Positions 55,000-64,000 of a stretch of DNA of 64,000 nt are shown piece after piece. The position numbers and the translations under genes are program-made. How positions within the stretch are numbered: position 1 is the stretch's first letter; each line of letters opens with the position of its first letter. The DNA comes from a virus (lineage: Duplodnaviria; Caudoviricetes): positions 32,001 to 96,000 of the IMG/VR virus record IMGVR_UViG_2595698832_000001; one strand, 5' to 3'. Below the pieces are notes generated by a model that did not search any database, was not told the DNA's origin, and saw only the letters and a program-made list of their open reading frames with translations.

Positions 55000-56355
55000 A
55001 TGCCTTTAAGTGTAAATGAATTTATTAAGAAACCAAAATATTTTAAACCTTTTCTTAATAAATTAGAAACAAATGATTTTTTATTAGAAGGAGATCTTGG
55101 TGTTTTTAGTTTTGATTTAAAAGACCCTACAAATATTAGATTGTTTGAATTAATTAAAAGTATGAATATTGATGCTGTAGAACTTTTAATATATGACAAA
55201 GCTACTAAAAAATATAAAAACTTTAAAGGTTCAATTAATCGAAAGAAAGGTGAAATACCTTTTAGTAAAATTCATAAATCTAATGTATCTGGTTTAACAT
55301 TAAAAGGTCAAAAAAGTGATAACAAAGACGACTTAGCAGAGTGTGGTGTTGTATACTATTTAGATATGTTTTTAAATACTAAATTAACCGATATTAAATT
55401 CTATAATGAAACTCAAGTTAAAAATACTAGGACTAAGACGCCATTAGATTCTGTTAAAACATTTTTATTTGAAAATCCAGATTGGGATAAAGCTTGTAAA
55501 GATGCATCTAAATGTATTCTAAATGAAATTATTTTAAAACAAAACCTTAGAAATTATGAATTTCACCACAAAACTGATGTTTTTAATGATCTTAAAAAGC
55601 AAGGTAAACAATTAACTAAATTAGCAGAGGATAAATGGAATCCTGGAGATTTCTTTTTGGTTAAACCTACATATAAAATCAAATCATACAAAACTTATCA
55701 AGAACTTAACAAAGAAATTAATGATTTTGATAATATAATACCTATAAGTCTTAAGAAATCTGCTAAAGAAGCTTTAGGTGGTTCCTATGCTTTGAATAAT
55801 TTATCAGGTAATTATGGTTTACCAAATTTTAAGAGTATTAAATATAAATCATTCGATAATAATTTTTTTAATTTTTTTAAAGAATGTATGGTTGAATTAA
55901 AGAAGCATAAAAATTCAGATATCATTAGAGTTAGAACTAATAACATTAACTTAGCTGACATTTATGATGAAATTGCCAGCAATGCTAAAGCTGCTAATTT
56001 TTTCGAAGGGTTTCCACCGAGTTTAGCATTTATATCTATGAGTTCAAAATATTTTAATGATATTATATTTGAAGTTGTTTGTAATTGTTTAAGTAGATCT
56101 CTATTAAGTTCTAATTTTTATAAAGTTTCAGGAAATCATTTAGAAGTATTTGATACATTGCCTTCAGATTTAAAAATCGAATACTGTGTTGTCTCCTGCG
56201 ATGGTAATGCTGATATCAAATGGAATATTAAAATAGACGGTAAATTATGGAAATTGCAATTAAGATCTAAAGGTTCTTTACCACAATTTATGTTGGTACC
56301 TCAACCGGTAAGTGCTTCAAGTCAAGACAAAAAAATTCAAGCTATTAATGTTTAA
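55000..56355 (+). CDS. hypothetical protein, possible PD-(D/E)XK nuclease
   Basis: E..(x)n..WNPGD..ISLKK pattern. Confidence 0.45.
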   Translation: MPLSVNEFIKKPKYFKPFLNKLETNDFLLEGDLGVFSFDLKDPTNIRLFELIKSMNIDAVELLIYDKATKKYKNFKGSINRKKGEIPFSKIHKSNVSGLTLKGQKSDNKDDLAECGVVYYLDMFLNTKLTDIKFYNETQVKNTRTKTPLDSVKTFLFENPDWDKACKDASKCILNEIILKQNLRNYEFHHKTDVFNDLKKQGKQLTKLAEDKWNPGDFFLVKPTYKIKSYKTYQELNKEINDFDNIIPISLKKSAKEALGGSYALNNLSGNYGLPNFKSIKYKSFDNNFFNFFKECMVELKKHKNSDIIRVRTNNINLADIYDEIASNAKAANFFEGFPPSLAFISMSSKYFNDIIFEVVCNCLSRSLLSSNFYKVSGNHLEVFDTLPSDLKIEYCVVSCDGNADIKWNIKIDGKLWKLQLRSKGSLPQFMLVPQPVSASSQDKKIQAINV

Positions 56356-56432
56356 AAATCTGCACTCGAGTGTTAGATCTAGCACTATATTTAGCATCCA
56401 AATAAGTGAATAAATACATAAAAAGGATCATA

Positions 56433-56946
56433 ATGGCAAAATTAATCTTACAAAGAATACAAGAATGTACCAATGTTAGAAAACCAAGTAAAGAAAAAAT
56501 ACGAAGGATCTACATTATCTGATTTAATATTATATGATGACAATGATCAAATTCTTTGGAAAGGTGCTGCTTGTGAAAATGCCGGACCAAGCACAGAAGA
56601 ATCAGGAACTGATAAACGTATAACAGCAGGTTCTTATAAATTAGAATGGTGTGCTAGTTCTAAAAATGTTGGATTAGCTAAAAAATACCCACAATGGTAC
56701 AATAAAGATCGGTCAACCATAGCAATTTGGGTTAAAAGACCAAACGATGCTAATTTTAACAATAGATTAATCAGAATACATATTGGAAATTACCCACAAG
56801 ATACAGAAGGTTGTATTTTACCTGGTAAAACCAGAGGTGCTGGCATTGTTTCTAGTTCAGCAGATGCTTGCAACGAACTCTATACTAAAATAAAAGAAAT
56901 TGGAATTAAAACTGTAGATTTTATTATTAAAGAAATTGAAGCTTAA
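56433..56946 (+). CDS. DUF5675-family protein (L,D-transpeptidase-like); frameshift near start
   Basis: IRIHIGNYPQDTEGCILPG; ATG 56433 with AAGGA RBS. Confidence 0.7.
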
Positions 56947-56954
56947 GGATTAAA

Positions 56955-57173
56955 ATGAGGGGGTTAGTTTATAAATCACCACTTAAAGTTGATTTAGATT
57001 TAGCAGAATCTTATAAAGGTAATATATTTTTATATAATGAACCAATAAAAAATGATCCAGAATATAGCATACAAGATTCTATTGATTTAGTATCTAAACC
57101 AGATCCTGTAACTTTTAGTGAATCAATATCTTTAGATGATACTAACCACTTCAATATTGATTTCAATTTTTAA
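56955..57173 (+). CDS. hypothetical protein (may extend by frameshift)
   Basis: 72-aa ORF with RBS. Confidence 0.45.
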   Translation: MRGLVYKSPLKVDLDLAESYKGNIFLYNEPIKNDPEYSIQDSIDLVSKPDPVTFSESISLDDTNHFNIDFNF

Positions 57174-57325
57174 CGAAACAGCGATATTAAGAGAATCTGT
57201 CTTTGATATAACTTCTGAGACTATTGATTCTGATTTTAGTAGAGATCCAGAGCCTGTAGATCCTGGATTTAACTCTGATTCAAAACCAAGTGTATAAATA
57301 AATACAAAAAAAACAAGGATTTTAA

Positions 57326-58081
57326 ATGTCAGATAAGTTAAAATTACTTTATGAATATCACGATGCTAATGTACTTATCGAAGAATCAGTTAACGACAAA
57401 AAAGAAAAAGTTAAAAAATATAAAATTGCTGGTATTTTTTCAACAATAGGTGAAAAAAACCGTAACGGTAGAATTTACCCAAAAGAACTCTGGGAAAGTA
57501 ATGTTAAAAAATACCAAGACGTTATAAAAAGCGGTTCTATTAATAGACTTTGTGAGTGGGAACATCCTGAAAGAGGTACAGTTGATCCTATGGAAGCAGT
57601 TGCTGCCATCAATAAACTTGAAATCAACGGCAAGTATGTTATGGGTGAAGCTACATTGTTAGATAATCCAAGAGCTAACCAATTAAAATCCTTAATAGAT
57701 AATGGTATTAAATTGTCTGTATCTAGTAGAGGTTCTGGTAGAGTTAAAAATGGTATTGTCGAATCATTTGATTTAATTACATATGATTTAGTATCTGCAC
57801 CAAGCGATTATAATGCTACTATGGAAGGAACATCTATATATGAATCACAAAAAGAATTTGTAATGGTGGATGGTAAATTAGTAGAATCTAAAGATTCTGA
57901 CAGTGCTAAAGATTCTGACAGCGATAGCAAAGCTGATACTAAAGATTCGAAAGATTCGAAAGATTCTGATTCAAACGATTCTAAAGATAATACTGAAGAT
58001 TCGAAACTAAAAGAATCTATTCTTAAAGAACATTTCTTAGAGTTTATTGAAATACTTAAGAACAAAAATAAAAACAAATAA
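57326..58081 (+). CDS. gp21: Prohead core protein protease
   Basis: KNRNGRIYP, EHP, VSSRGSG, DLVSAPS. Confidence 0.93.
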   Translation: MSDKLKLLYEYHDANVLIEESVNDKKEKVKKYKIAGIFSTIGEKNRNGRIYPKELWESNVKKYQDVIKSGSINRLCEWEHPERGTVDPMEAVAAINKLEINGKYVMGEATLLDNPRANQLKSLIDNGIKLSVSSRGSGRVKNGIVESFDLITYDLVSAPSDYNATMEGTSIYESQKEFVMVDGKLVESKDSDSAKDSDSDSKADTKDSKDSKDSDSNDSKDNTEDSKLKESILKEHFLEFIEILKNKNKNK

Positions 58082-58101
58082 TCTATAACAGGAGTTAAAA
58101 A

Positions 58102-58308
58102 ATGTATGACGATATTGTAAAGAATGTAATTCAAAATAAAGGGCTGGCTCAAGCAAGTAATGATTTCAGAGCTATTCTAATTGATAAGTTCGACTATATG
58201 CCAGAAATTAGATCAAGACTAGCTTCTATTGAAAAATATAGGGATATGAGAGCTTCACAATTTTCTGCAAATAATGCATATAACCCAGATCGAGATTCGA
58301 TTTCTTAA
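58102..58308 (+). CDS. hypothetical protein
   Basis: 68-aa ORF with AGGAG RBS. Confidence 0.55.
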   Translation: MYDDIVKNVIQNKGLAQASNDFRAILIDKFDYMPEIRSRLASIEKYRDMRASQFSANNAYNPDRDSIS

Positions 58309-58461
58309 ACATTTAAAATCCAAATTTTACTCGAGAGCTAACATTTTAAAATACTAAAATATTAGCTCTTCAGCTTCAAATTTCAAACCATAATCAGTTA
58401 ATTTTAATATATAATATAATATAATATAATATAATAAAACAAAATCATAAAAAGATTTATA

Positions 58462-59673
58462 ATGTTAAGCAAAGAAGAAATAAAATATTTTCAAACACAT
58501 AAAAATGAAATAACAGACGAACTCTTAGAAACAATTAGAGCTCAAGGAAAACTAGGAAAAGCACAAGCCTTAGAAATCTTAGATTTACCTAAAGACTCTG
58601 ACAACTATTACTTAGATGCGTATAATACGAGAATTAGTTATAATGGGTCTCGTGGTCTTAAAAAAGCTTACACAAAATTAAACTTAAGTCCGATACATAT
58701 CAGCGAGCTTGAAAAATGTGCGAATGATCCACTTTATTTCTTAAGAAATTATGTTCGAATGACTACACCAAAAGGTTTTGATTTCGTAGATTCTAGGCCA
58801 TACCAGGATGAATTTATACAATTGCTGAGCGATGATTCTATCGAAAACGTGATATCAATGCAGCCTCGTCAATGCATTGAAGCAAATACTAAAATAAATG
58901 TAAATGGTAATGAAACTACTATTATTGAATTATTCGTTAACCAAGAATCTAATAAAAGATTATATTTTAATAGTTCTAAGTTTATTGAAAGTTATGAATG
59001 TAAAGACAAATATGTAGAAACGCCTATAGGTAAAGTCAAAATTCTCGAAGTCCATAAAACTATTAAATACAATATTTTTGAGATAGAAACCGAAAATGGA
59101 TTCAAGTTACAAGCATCTGAATTACACGTATTAATAGACGAAAATGATAACGAATTATATGTTAGAGATTGTTTAAATAAGGTAATTAAAACAAAATCAG
59201 GACCTTCTAAAATAATATCTAAAACATTTATAAAATATGATCATTGTTATGATTTAACTTTAGAGCATTATCACCTTTATTACACCAATGGTGTTTTAAG
59301 TCATAATTCATCTAAATCAACTACAACAAGTGTAAAACTTGCACATTTATACTGTTTTAAGAAAGATCTTACCATAGGTATAGTTGCTTATAGTGGTAAT
59401 TCTGCCCGAGAGTTCTTAGATAAAACAAAGAAAATATTAATAGGTTTACCAATATGGATGCAGCCAGGAACAGTTACTTGGAATAAAGGTTCAATAGAAT
59501 GTGAAAATAATATACGTATTTTAACGGACGTGCCGAGCAACAGCTCATTTAGGGGATTCAGTTGCTGTCTCGAAAATACTCGAGTGCAGGTAAGAAATAA
59601 ATATACTAATAAAATAGAAACGCTTACCATAAAGGAATTGTATGCTAGGTTACAAGAACTCAAAAAATCTTAA
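58462..59673 (+). CDS. terL: Terminase large subunit N-part with mini-intein 1 (58873..59307) and short split-intein N-fragment (59563..59670)
   Basis: KCANDPLYF, YQ, PRQ|CIEANTKI...VLSHN|SSKST; FRGFS|CCLENTRV...KKS stop. Confidence 0.92.
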   Translation: MLSKEEIKYFQTHKNEITDELLETIRAQGKLGKAQALEILDLPKDSDNYYLDAYNTRISYNGSRGLKKAYTKLNLSPIHISELEKCANDPLYFLRNYVRMTTPKGFDFVDSRPYQDEFIQLLSDDSIENVISMQPRQCIEANTKINVNGNETTIIELFVNQESNKRLYFNSSKFIESYECKDKYVETPIGKVKILEVHKTIKYNIFEIETENGFKLQASELHVLIDENDNELYVRDCLNKVIKTKSGPSKIISKTFIKYDHCYDLTLEHYHLYYTNGVLSHNSSKSTTTSVKLAHLYCFKKDLTIGIVAYSGNSAREFLDKTKKILIGLPIWMQPGTVTWNKGSIECENNIRILTDVPSNSSFRGFSCCLENTRVQVRNKYTNKIETLTIKELYARLQELKKS

Positions 59674-60907
59674 ATTAACACATAATGTTGAATTTCCTAA
59701 GGACTTTTTAGAACCACACCCAATACCAAAATGTTCATTAAATGATGAAGAAAAACAAATAATAAAAAACATACTCGAAGAAGTTAATTTTTTTAATGCT
59801 AAATATAATAGTGAGTTAACAAGATTTAGATTCTGGGAGAGAACAAATCCAGAATTAGGTGCTAAATTTTTAAAAGATTTTAATTTTTTTAAATCCTATT
59901 ATCATAAAATTAGACTTATAGATTATATAAAGGTTTTTATATTAAATACAGAGACACAAAAAAGTCTTACCAGAAAATTTAAAGACATAGATGATTTTGT
60001 AAAAAATGCCAGATATTGTGATAGTACAATAGTAAACAATAATAAGTTGATAGAATCAAATGAAATTAAAAAATATATTAATTTTAAACCTATTAAAGCT
60101 AGTGAATTATTATTTTGTTATTATGCTAATATTAAAGATAGACCACTTTGTAAAATGTGCACCAAAGAAGTAGAGTTTCAAAATATGCAATATGGTTATA
60201 GATTGTTTTGTTCACCAGAATGTCAAATAACATACCATAATTCTAAAAAACCTATAAAGCATTCTAATTTATCACACGATGAAATTATAAAAATTATTAA
60301 GAGTGTCCCGCCTGATATCAGAAATACTGCAAATGAAAAAATAGCAAATATTTTTGGTAATGTACTTGAATATACAAAAGATTCGGATATCAGAGATGAT
60401 GAAAGATTATATCTATATGTTAATAAATTAAGTACTAACCACGTATTTTGTGAATGTGGAAATAAAAAATCATTTAAAAGCCAAATACAAGGTTATGCTA
60501 AAACTTGTGGGTCAATATATTGCATCTTACTAAGTAAAGGCCATAAACCCCGTAGGCCTAAAGGAACGTATTCTAATACTGTTTCTGGAAATGGTTACGG
60601 TATGCCCGGAAATGTTTATGTATTATATTCAGAATCATTAGGTGCTTACAAAGTAGGAATAACCAAAAACTTAGAACAGCGTTTAAGAGATTTAAGACGC
60701 TTTGTTCCTGACCTGGATTTAAAAATATGTGTATTCGTAAGCGACTCGGGCCGTGTCGAGAAATTTATACATAAAAAATATAAAGATAATAATGTTAAAT
60801 TTAGGGAGGGATTTCCAGGATCTGGCGAATTCTTTGATTTAAATAAAGCTGAAATGGAAGACATAACAAGAATATTAATAGAAGCGAACTTCAAGGAAAA
60901 TGTGTGA
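59642..60907 (+). CDS. Free-standing GIY-YIG (T5orf172-like) homing endonuclease
   Basis: VYVL..YKVGITKNLEQRL..E..IH..GEFF; zinc ribbons CKMC..FCS..C and CECG..TCG..C. Confidence 0.82.
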   Translation: MLGYKNSKNLKLTHNVEFPKDFLEPHPIPKCSLNDEEKQIIKNILEEVNFFNAKYNSELTRFRFWERTNPELGAKFLKDFNFFKSYYHKIRLIDYIKVFILNTETQKSLTRKFKDIDDFVKNARYCDSTIVNNNKLIESNEIKKYINFKPIKASELLFCYYANIKDRPLCKMCTKEVEFQNMQYGYRLFCSPECQITYHNSKKPIKHSNLSHDEIIKIIKSVPPDIRNTANEKIANIFGNVLEYTKDSDIRDDERLYLYVNKLSTNHVFCECGNKKSFKSQIQGYAKTCGSIYCILLSKGHKPRRPKGTYSNTVSGNGYGMPGNVYVLYSESLGAYKVGITKNLEQRLRDLRRFVPDLDLKICVFVSDSGRVEKFIHKKYKDNNVKFREGFPGSGEFFDLNKAEMEDITRILIEANFKENV

Positions 60908-62748
60908 GTGAAATCCAAGATATAAATCCATATGAAATATTAACACCACAAGGATTTAAACCTTTTGTTGATATCATTAAATCAATTCAAACAACTGGCA
61001 TAACAATAACTTTAGAGGATTCAAGAGAGATATCAGTTACATTAGATCACAAATTTAAACACTTAAATGATTATAAAGAAGCCAAATATTTTAAAGTAGG
61101 TGATAAATTACAGTGTTCAAAAATTATTAAAATTGAAAATATTGAAGGTGAATTTTATGAACCTTTAGAAGTTCAAGATCACGAGTATATAGCCAACGAC
61201 TTTATAAATCATAATTGTAATATAATCGTTGTTGATGAATGTTTAGAATACAGCACTACCATAAACATATATAGCAAAACGTTAAATGAATCTTTTGATA
61301 TTAAGATCGGAGACTTCTACAATCAAAATCCTAACATAAACAATTTCAAAGTTCTAACTTCTAATGGTTATAAATCATTCAAAGGTATTAAAAAAACTAT
61401 TAGACGCGATAACTTGCAAATATTTTTCGAAGATTCTAATATTATAGTAACACCTGAACATAAATTTTATGATAATGGAACTTTCATAAGAGCAAAGGAT
61501 ATAAAAATTAACGATATCATAAATGGTAAAAAAGTTAAATCAATTAAAGAAAATGTTGCTTGTAGCAATGAATTCTTTGATTTATTAGATGTTGAAGATG
61601 GTCATCATTTTACTGCTAATAATATAGAAGTTTCAAATTGTGCATATTTAGATCCAGCCTCTTGGATAGATTTCACTGATGGTGTTTTACCATCACAAGC
61701 TGGCTTAGCTTTCAAAAAATTAGTTATTTTATCTACACCTAAAGGTAAGAATCATTTTTACGATATTTGGCAGGGTGCTGGAGATACTTTAGATACTTCT
61801 GTTAATGGATTTGTAAAACATAAAGTAGATTGGAGATTAGTCCCAAGGTTTAAATCTGATGGTACTAAGTATGAACCAGAAGAATTTAAACAACAACAAA
61901 TTAAATCCAGTGGTCTAGTCATTTGGAATTCTGCATACGAATGCAAATTTGAAGGTTCTGCGATGACATTGATACCTAGTGAAATATTAGATACTTATAA
62001 ACCACAAGAACCAATAGAAGTTGATAATATTAAGGATTCTAAAATACTAATATACGAAGAACCAATACCCGGACATAAATACGTTATGGGTGTTGACACT
62101 GCTAAAGAAGGTGCTGATTTTACAGGGGTTCAAATATTTGATACTACAGATTTAAATTTCAGACAAGTAGCATCAGCAAAACTTAAAATAGATTATATGT
62201 TATTACCAGAGTTACTCAATGAGTATGGTTTAAGGTTCAATCAAGCTTTAATAATTGTAGAAAATAATGAAGGCTCTGGTCAAGTGGTTGCTGATATTCT
62301 CAAAAGAGATTATGAATATGAGAACTTATATTATGACGTCAATAAACAAAAACAAAGATTAAAATATCCTGGGTTCAGAACTACAAAATTATCAAGGGAT
62401 GTTATTTTACAAACTGTATCAACGTTAGCACAAGCTAATAAATTATTATTAGTGGACAAAGAAACTATTAAGGAGTTTGGAGTATTTACATTAAATGATA
62501 ATGGTAAGTACCAAGCAGCTGTAGGATATCACGATGATTTAGTAATGTCTTGTTGTTTATGTTTTGGTATTTTTACAAATGTTAAGAACTTTGAAGATAT
62601 GAAAGAAATTGTAGATTCTTTAAAAAGTTCCGAAGGAAAAAGTTTTGAGTATCTAACATTTGGAGCTTTTGCAGATGGTTTAGGTACAGAGCCAGATTCT
62701 AACACTGATAATAAGGATTTGAATCACAGTAATTTGGAATATTATTAA
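60904..62748 (+). CDS. terL: Terminase large subunit C-part with split-intein C-fragment (60904..61215) and mini-intein 3 (61240..61638)
   Basis: TLDH..INHN|CNIIVVDE|CLEYSTTI..TPEH..EVSN|CAY; STPKG.NHFY, GVDTA, ENN, HDDLVM. Confidence 0.92.
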   Translation: MSEIQDINPYEILTPQGFKPFVDIIKSIQTTGITITLEDSREISVTLDHKFKHLNDYKEAKYFKVGDKLQCSKIIKIENIEGEFYEPLEVQDHEYIANDFINHNCNIIVVDECLEYSTTINIYSKTLNESFDIKIGDFYNQNPNINNFKVLTSNGYKSFKGIKKTIRRDNLQIFFEDSNIIVTPEHKFYDNGTFIRAKDIKINDIINGKKVKSIKENVACSNEFFDLLDVEDGHHFTANNIEVSNCAYLDPASWIDFTDGVLPSQAGLAFKKLVILSTPKGKNHFYDIWQGAGDTLDTSVNGFVKHKVDWRLVPRFKSDGTKYEPEEFKQQQIKSSGLVIWNSAYECKFEGSAMTLIPSEILDTYKPQEPIEVDNIKDSKILIYEEPIPGHKYVMGVDTAKEGADFTGVQIFDTTDLNFRQVASAKLKIDYMLLPELLNEYGLRFNQALIIVENNEGSGQVVADILKRDYEYENLYYDVNKQKQRLKYPGFRTTKLSRDVILQTVSTLAQANKLLLVDKETIKEFGVFTLNDNGKYQAAVGYHDDLVMSCCLCFGIFTNVKNFEDMKEIVDSLKSSEGKSFEYLTFGAFADGLGTEPDSNTDNKDLNHSNLEYY

Positions 62749-62763
62749 AATTTTGGATTCTAA

Positions 62764-63493
62764 ATGAAAGAATATATTAAATACAACGATAGAAAATTTA
62801 CTTTAACAGCTTACAAAGTTAAAACTGAAAGAGATTTATTATTAACTGCAAGCTCAGATGATACTGTATACAGTAAAGATCTAAATGATTTAAACTTAGA
62901 CATTTACTTAAGAATCTTAGAACCTTATATAGATTCTAATATAAACATTTATGATTTATATCCGGAAGAAAAATTATTTTTACTTTATAGATTAAGAGCA
63001 ACTTCAGTTTCTGACCAATTATCTTTAAATACTAGGTGTGATTGTGGTTGTACTTTTAAATCTAACATAGATTTAGGAAAAATTGGAGATCTCCATAGTA
63101 TTGATACAAATACATACCCAGATTTGAAAGACGTTTATAGCCCAAATTTAACCGACATATACAGTGATTCTTACTTAGAATCTAATATTATGGATTATGA
63201 TTCTGAATTAGATATGTATTTAGAAGCTAATACTACTAAATTTAACTTTATTAAAGTTGTTAAATGTTATAATTGTAAGAAAGATCTTGAAATCGATTTA
63301 ACAAACCCAGAAATATATAAAAATATATTTTACAGAGAATCCTATAGGTGAGTTCTACAAAAGTTTGACAAGATTATCATTTCTAGGTAAGTTTACCATA
63401 GATGGTATTTTAAATGATTTATATCCATTTGAAAGAGAAATCTTTATAAGTTTAATAAATGATGAAGTAGAAGAACAAAATAAAGACACTTAA
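62764..63493 (+). CDS. Baseplate hub assembly protein (gp26-like); frameshift near 63335
   Basis: YKVKTERDLL..LLYRLRATSV..CDCG..CYNC. Confidence 0.6.
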
Positions 63494-63527
63494 AAAACAA
63501 TCTTAGTCTTTAAGTGCTTAGTGTGCG

Positions 63528-63947
63528 CTACTTTGTATTGTTTTTATCTAATCTATCCTTAATGCTTTCATTAATTTCTACAGTTATTTCAGATTTTAAG
63601 TCATTCTTGACTTCGGACTTAACTTCAGACTTTATAGCATCCTTAACATCATTCTTAATATTTTCAGCAAGTTTAGCTAAATCTTTATTTTTTTGTTTTT
63701 CTTTGAGTTGATCAATAATAACTTCTGGTTTTTTAGAACAACCAATTAAACTACCATTAAGATCTTGTTGTGGTGTTACATAATTTCCCGTCGATAAGTA
63801 TAAAACACCGTCTACACAAACTTGATTAATTCTGGAATCCGAAGTTCCACGAACTTCTTTGCCTGTTTTATCGCTGGAATAATCAGATCCACACCCTATT
63901 ATAAACAAAGCTAACAAAGCTATAACGAAACATTTTAGATTCTTCAT
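63528..63947 (-). CDS. Predicted lipoprotein
   Basis: Signal peptide with lipobox FIIG|C. Confidence 0.65.
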   Translation of the reverse strand: MKNLKCFVIALLALFIIGCGSDYSSDKTGKEVRGTSDSRINQVCVDGVLYLSTGNYVTPQQDLNGSLIGCSKKPEVIIDQLKEKQKNKDLAKLAENIKNDVKDAIKSEVKSEVKNDLKSEITVEINESIKDRLDKNNTK

Positions 63948-64000
63948 AGACCCTCTTTTAATATTATTTATGATTTTATGATTTTTGATTTAAAACTTTA

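Noticed and set aside
59563-61215. One contiguous intein with an embedded endonuclease, broken by sequencing errors
   Set aside because: The endonuclease has its own start, and the C-fragment has an RBS and GTGA overlap; no homopolymer shift is needed
1-64000. tRNA or rRNA genes; alternative genetic code
   Set aside because: No cloverleaf or rRNA-like stretch was recognised by eye; gene breaks change frame rather than reading through one stop codon type

Overview
A 64-kb AT-rich segment of a large T4-like Campylobacter myophage, most likely Firehammervirus (CP220/CPt10/CP21-like). This is inferred from the gene set and the ~85-bp repeat arrays, not from a database search. It carries head, tail and baseplate genes (gp2, 3, 14, 15, 16, 17, 18, 19, 21, 22, 23, 26, 48, 53), late transcription genes (gp55, gp33), gp32, a topoisomerase II fragment, thyX, nrdB, RNA-repair genes, a sugar-modification cluster and a probable 7-deazaguanine pathway. 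Mobile and self-splicing elements are dense: an IS607 element with a rearranged-RuvC TnpB; a group I intron with an HNH gene inside the tail sheath gene; terL with three inteins, one of them split around a GIY-YIG gene; and phoH fractured by a split intein around an endonuclease gene. Other notable features are a late-expressed protein with (CDCNYCT)n repeats near a radical SAM/SPASM gene, a promoter-driven ORF-free region with a 23-bp inverted repeat, and two inverted repeat arrays sharing a palindromic core. Many essential genes are frameshifted, mostly at homopolymer runs and probably from sequencing error, so several gene boundaries are reconstructed.
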